A DNA stretch of 64,000 bases, from contig CAVXKA010000003.1 of assembly GCA_963762255.1 (NCBI GenBank), positions 288,001 to 352,000 on the forward strand, written 5' to 3'. The stretch is from Candidatus Eiseniibacteriota bacterium. Lineage in GTDB: Bacteria > Eisenbacteria > RBG-16-71-46 > JABDJR01. Of the stretch, positions 61,601 through 64,000 are shown piece after piece; position 1 is the stretch's first letter; every line of letters begins with the position of its first letter. Both the position numbers and the translations under genes were made by a program. The notes under the pieces were generated by a model that did not search any database, was not told the origin of the DNA, and saw only the letters and a list, made by a program, of their open reading frames with translations.

Positions 61601-63122
61601 GCTCTTCCACGATCGTGTCGAAGCGCTCGGCAGGAAACGCGGAACGCACGCGGAGGTGCCCGCCGAAGAGTTGATGGAGAAGGAGCGCGGCCTCGCGCGC
61701 CTGCCCCTCGCCACCTTGTCCTGCGAGAGAGGAGACCTGGATCACGACTCCCCCCTTGGGGAGGAGATCGGGCGGCGCGTCCTTCGAACGCAGGCCGAGC
61801 CTCGCCGCCTGAGGGTAGCCGCGTTTGAGCGCGTCGTGGAGCACCTGCCGCTTCGGGTAGGGGCTCGCTGCAGAGGTCAGGTCGAGCCCCAAGAAAACAG
61901 GTGAAGTGGGAGCCTTATCCAATTGAAGACAAAGCGCTTCCAGATCCTGCAAGCGCACAGGGAAACCGCCCAATCCGGCGAGGACCGAGACGAGCCGCGG
62001 CCGATCCTTCTCGGAAAGGACGCCCGCACCGGGATGAGCCTCTTTGCCGTAACGGCCGTTCTCGATCGCCCGTTCCACCGTCGAACGCAGCTCGCGCACC
62101 AGCGGCGCCTCCGCACCTAACGGCAGCGAGACGCGCTCCAGAACCGCGACCGTCTTGCCGCCGAGGAGCGCGGCGAGTGCCTCGGCCGGGAAGGGGCGCA
62201 AGGTCCGAAGCCCGATCACCCCCACCTTGACCTTGTGACGATGGCGCAGATGATCGGCGGCCAGCTCCGCCGCCTCGATCACCGAACCCATGGCCACCAG
62301 CACCAGCGTCGCGTCTTCCACATGGTGGCTGCTCACCGCGGCGTGGCGGCGACCGGTCTCCTTGTAGAAACGCTCGAAGGCCTGCTCCAGGATCGCGGGA
62401 ACATGTGGATCGAAGTAGGCTGCCCGCCCTGCCTCGCCCAAGGCGAACGTGTCGGCGCGCTGCACCGCTCCGTTCAACACCGGTCGTTCGAGGTCGTGCC
62501 GGCGCGGCAGGCGCAGGCGGTGCTGGCCGAAGAGAAGCTCTTGCGACGGAGTGGGCGCGTGCCGCACCGCGTTCGCGCGGCCGAGGATCGCCTCGATGAG
62601 ATCGGGCGCGGGCATGCGCAGATCCTGCAGCGCCAGCGCGGTCTCGGCGGCGTCCATCGCCACCACGGCAGGGAGAAGCGCTTCCTCGGCGACCTGGCGG
62701 GCGATCAACGAGAAGTCCACCGCCTCCTGCGCGTTGGCCGCGACCAGGACGAGAGCGCCGGCGTCGGCCGCGGCGAAGAGCCCTGCGTGCCCGCTCCCCA
62801 CCCGCTCACCCGCGCCGGGAAGCGCGGTCGCGGTGACGTGCAGGACCATGGGCACCCTGCGTCCGGCAGCCTGAGCCAGCGCCGCGGTCCCGCGGGCCAG
62901 ATCGGCACCGTCGAGGAACGCGGTAGCGCGCACGCCGGAGAGGGCGAGGCCCATGGCCTCGCTCAGACTATCGGTGGCGTCGCTGATGAATCGCTCGGCC
63001 ACTTCCACGGCGTCCAGGCCGGTCTCCGCGCTCGGTTCACCCGCGCGCGCGCCGGGAGCGGTAGGGGGAACGCCGACCAAGCGGCGATACAGGCGGCGAG
63101 CGGACCCTGACAGGTCAGGCAT
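58605..63122 (-). CDS. 1505-aa pyruvate:ferredoxin oxidoreductase (NifJ-type) homologue with degenerate catalytic motifs
   Basis: PFOR domain order is recognisable (QEAVD, LVAMGS, LRPFP, YAP). Two intact ferredoxin motifs (CTGCGACWSGCP, CKGCGLCVTVC). YPITP, the GDG..NTGGQ motif and the proximal-cluster Cys residues are absent. Confidence 0.85.
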   Translation of the reverse strand: MPDLSGSARRLYRRLVGVPPTAPGARAGEPSAETGLDAVEVAERFISDATDSLSEAMGLALSGVRATAFLDGADLARGTAALAQAAGRRVPMVLHVTATALPGAGERVGSGHAGLFAAADAGALVLVAANAQEAVDFSLIARQVAEEALLPAVVAMDAAETALALQDLRMPAPDLIEAILGRANAVRHAPTPSQELLFGQHRLRLPRRHDLERPVLNGAVQRADTFALGEAGRAAYFDPHVPAILEQAFERFYKETGRRHAAVSSHHVEDATLVLVAMGSVIEAAELAADHLRHRHKVKVGVIGLRTLRPFPAEALAALLGGKTVAVLERVSLPLGAEAPLVRELRSTVERAIENGRYGKEAHPGAGVLSEKDRPRLVSVLAGLGGFPVRLQDLEALCLQLDKAPTSPVFLGLDLTSAASPYPKRQVLHDALKRGYPQAARLGLRSKDAPPDLLPKGGVVIQVSSLAGQGGEGQAREAALLLHQLFGGHLRVRSAFPAERFDTIVEERLIHAPIPLKDPGDDLRAHLAVWAAPAGIAVPADFADRVRDDGAILFEHDASIGSVWKTLPARVRGDILRRKLHLFTAKGYEAPGTPEPLDASTLRDERMLGAVFGALNTLGVVVINPRKLLAARRKLFEDAPEAETDARIRELQAGFDFAARVETTGLPAPTAGEEVVVEAEPPASVRRAGHVDETVDSLPRFWDQVGVPESEGAGGGFHPDPYFATGTLPALSSSFHDVSRGRRMLPAFDAARCTGCGACWSGCPDSALAAGVWSPSVFVERGMALAARSGRSAEGLRMTLGKFAARVGEELAASATPGIGAGALLDAAFAHVTSKMTLTEDRRKGVEDAFRAVRDAVGALPVTRTQVFFEEPEATAKGSGELFSLAINPDACKGCGLCVTVCEPEALTRAAEEPARAAASREGWRLLHELPEPSEAACARAREHAEVGPLAAAMLRREANLAMIGGDGAEAGSGEKIALRQILGIALDAIAPAVNQYVAEIEELRVKLSEAIREGLASALPTTDLDALADGLDAMGRPDTDLAALTARVETAFETGRVDVLRMRRLVDVARDLADLHQRLTVGATGAGVAKFGLVLAPSADAGWVGAFPNNPFGVPVTLRGEADGLALARGVLEGQLRQALDGMRTVRRARLEVERPSEAAVAGASLARLTWRDLTAEERRACPPLFFVADETALAGDAIAGFAELLNDDLPVKAVLLAEASFRREIGISQGGGARGTKPAPAAPEFGLLALAGSRALVVQSSIAHSRHLAAGVTAAVLHDGPAVVRVYAPSPERHGFAPDRTLERAQGAVLSRTCPLFTAAHDPVGGSALRVSVDGNPDPAAIWSTDADGNAVTPASWARGERRLSGHLSPVAGNASEPTPLAEYLALSAEDREDKTPVVIGPDGTFQVDPALVGAAGERLAAWRTLQALAGMGAPRVEPAEADIEALATKEIEHAAQVDALRRDYEARLANQQYQLKAELARQIRTKLMTIVSRPSGNGGDEV

Positions 63123-63966
63123 TGTGTCTCCCGGTCACTCCGACTTCTTCAACGGTCGAAAATTGGTCCCCGACGACCCACTGGATGGCTCCGGTGGGGC
63201 ATCGCAAGGTGGCCTTGACGCTGGCCGGCCCGCCCGCCGAATAGTCCACGACAGGCAGGTTGTTCGCCATTCGCACAAGACCGGGGGCTGCATCCTGAGC
63301 GCACCGCCCGCAGGCGTCGCAAACCACCTTGCAGACGCGGCGCGCTTCCTCGGCGGCGAGGGGCGCGGAGCACTGCACGATGAGGTGGTGACTCAGGGGA
63401 AGGATCTCGAAGAGATCGCGCGGGCAATCGTCCACGCAGTCGCCGCAGGCGGTGCACTTCGCGGTGTCCACCACCGGCAGCATCTCCGCGTTCATGTGGA
63501 TGGCGTCGAACGTGCATGAACGCTCGCAATCGCCATAGCCGAGACAGCCCCACGAGCACTCGAGCCCGCCGCCGCCCACGATGTGCGCGCCGCCGCAGTT
63601 CTCATAGCCCTCGTAGCTGGCCACCCGCAGCGCATGCCCGAGGCCCCCGGCGCAGTGGAGGCGGGCCACCCGCTTCTCGGCGGCGCCCGCATCCACTCCC
63701 AGGTAGTCCGCGATGAGCTCGATACGCTCGGCGTTCGATACCGTGCACTTGCTCGGCTTCGCTGCCCCGCTCACGATCTTCTCGGCCAGACCATGGCACC
63801 CCGGCTCCCCGCAGGCACCGCAGTTCGATCCGGGGAGCATCATCTCCACCTTCTCGATGCGCGGGTCCTCTTCCACCTGCAGGTACCGGTATGCAATGGC
63901 AAGCACGACCCCGAAGAAGAGGCCGAGCCCCCCCATGATCAGGCCGGCGGACAGGATGCTGTTCAA
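63115..63966 (-). CDS. rnfB: Rnf complex subunit B (polyferredoxin)
   Basis: TM, EEDPR, LPGSNCGACGEPGC, GCLGYGDC, CTACGDC..CP, CDACGRC; TTG start. Confidence 0.93.
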   Translation of the reverse strand: MNSILSAGLIMGGLGLFFGVVLAIAYRYLQVEEDPRIEKVEMMLPGSNCGACGEPGCHGLAEKIVSGAAKPSKCTVSNAERIELIADYLGVDAGAAEKRVARLHCAGGLGHALRVASYEGYENCGGAHIVGGGGLECSWGCLGYGDCERSCTFDAIHMNAEMLPVVDTAKCTACGDCVDDCPRDLFEILPLSHHLIVQCSAPLAAEEARRVCKVVCDACGRCAQDAAPGLVRMANNLPVVDYSAGGPASVKATLRCPTGAIQWVVGDQFSTVEEVGVTGRHNA

Positions 63967-64000
63967 GGCGTGACTCCCTTTGCTGCTGCGTTCCGCGGCC

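Noticed and set aside
58605-63122. Ordinary active pyruvate:ferredoxin oxidoreductase (nifJ/por)
   Set aside because: The ThDP-binding, substrate-binding and proximal-cluster motifs are not present, so the gene symbol was withheld.

Overview
GC-rich bacterial chromosome segment, gene-dense and mostly on the minus strand. The lineage is probably an FCB-associated candidate phylum such as Eisenbacteria or Krumholzibacteria; this is an inference from the PNPF/FlgD-Ig sorting domain, large SRP RNA and spoVG. In transcription order (right to left): (1) an Rnf operon rnfB-[1505-aa catalytically degenerate PFOR-like protein]-rnfCDGEA-[hidden His-rich CxxC microprotein]-apbE, which continues off the right edge; (2) tRNA-Arg(ACG), a gamma-CA family gene, a lipoprotein, tadA, two tRNA-Ser with an RtT-like tRNA-linked repeat between them, tRNA-Ala, large SRP RNA, and dnaX-ybaB-recR-pgpA; (3) alternative complex III (actABCDEF plus an actG-like gene), SCO and an A2-type caa3 oxidase operon running into cinA; (4) a Ser/Thr/Met cluster (DUF1015, serA-like, serC, apgM-like, metY-like, thrC), a prolyl oligopeptidase and a DPS-like ferritin; (5) thpR-recA-recX, three secreted fibre-like/FlgD-Ig genes, alaS and pepF; (6) a stand-alone HTH-HATPase-STAS(DUF4325) gene preceded by three phased TTGACA-containing repeats; (7) rfbA-rfbD-gmhA-ubiA-like-ispE-spoVG-prs-rplY-pth-rpsF-rpsR-rplI and a truncated PpiC lipoprotein. 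Several single-base frameshifts (serA, serC, SCO, one fibre gene, the microprotein) look like long-read assembly errors. The best candidate for an undescribed system is the Rnf operon with its built-in PFOR pseudo-enzyme and NqrM-like microprotein. No CRISPR array, transposase, integrase or prophage was seen. All calls come from motif recognition by eye; no database searches were run.
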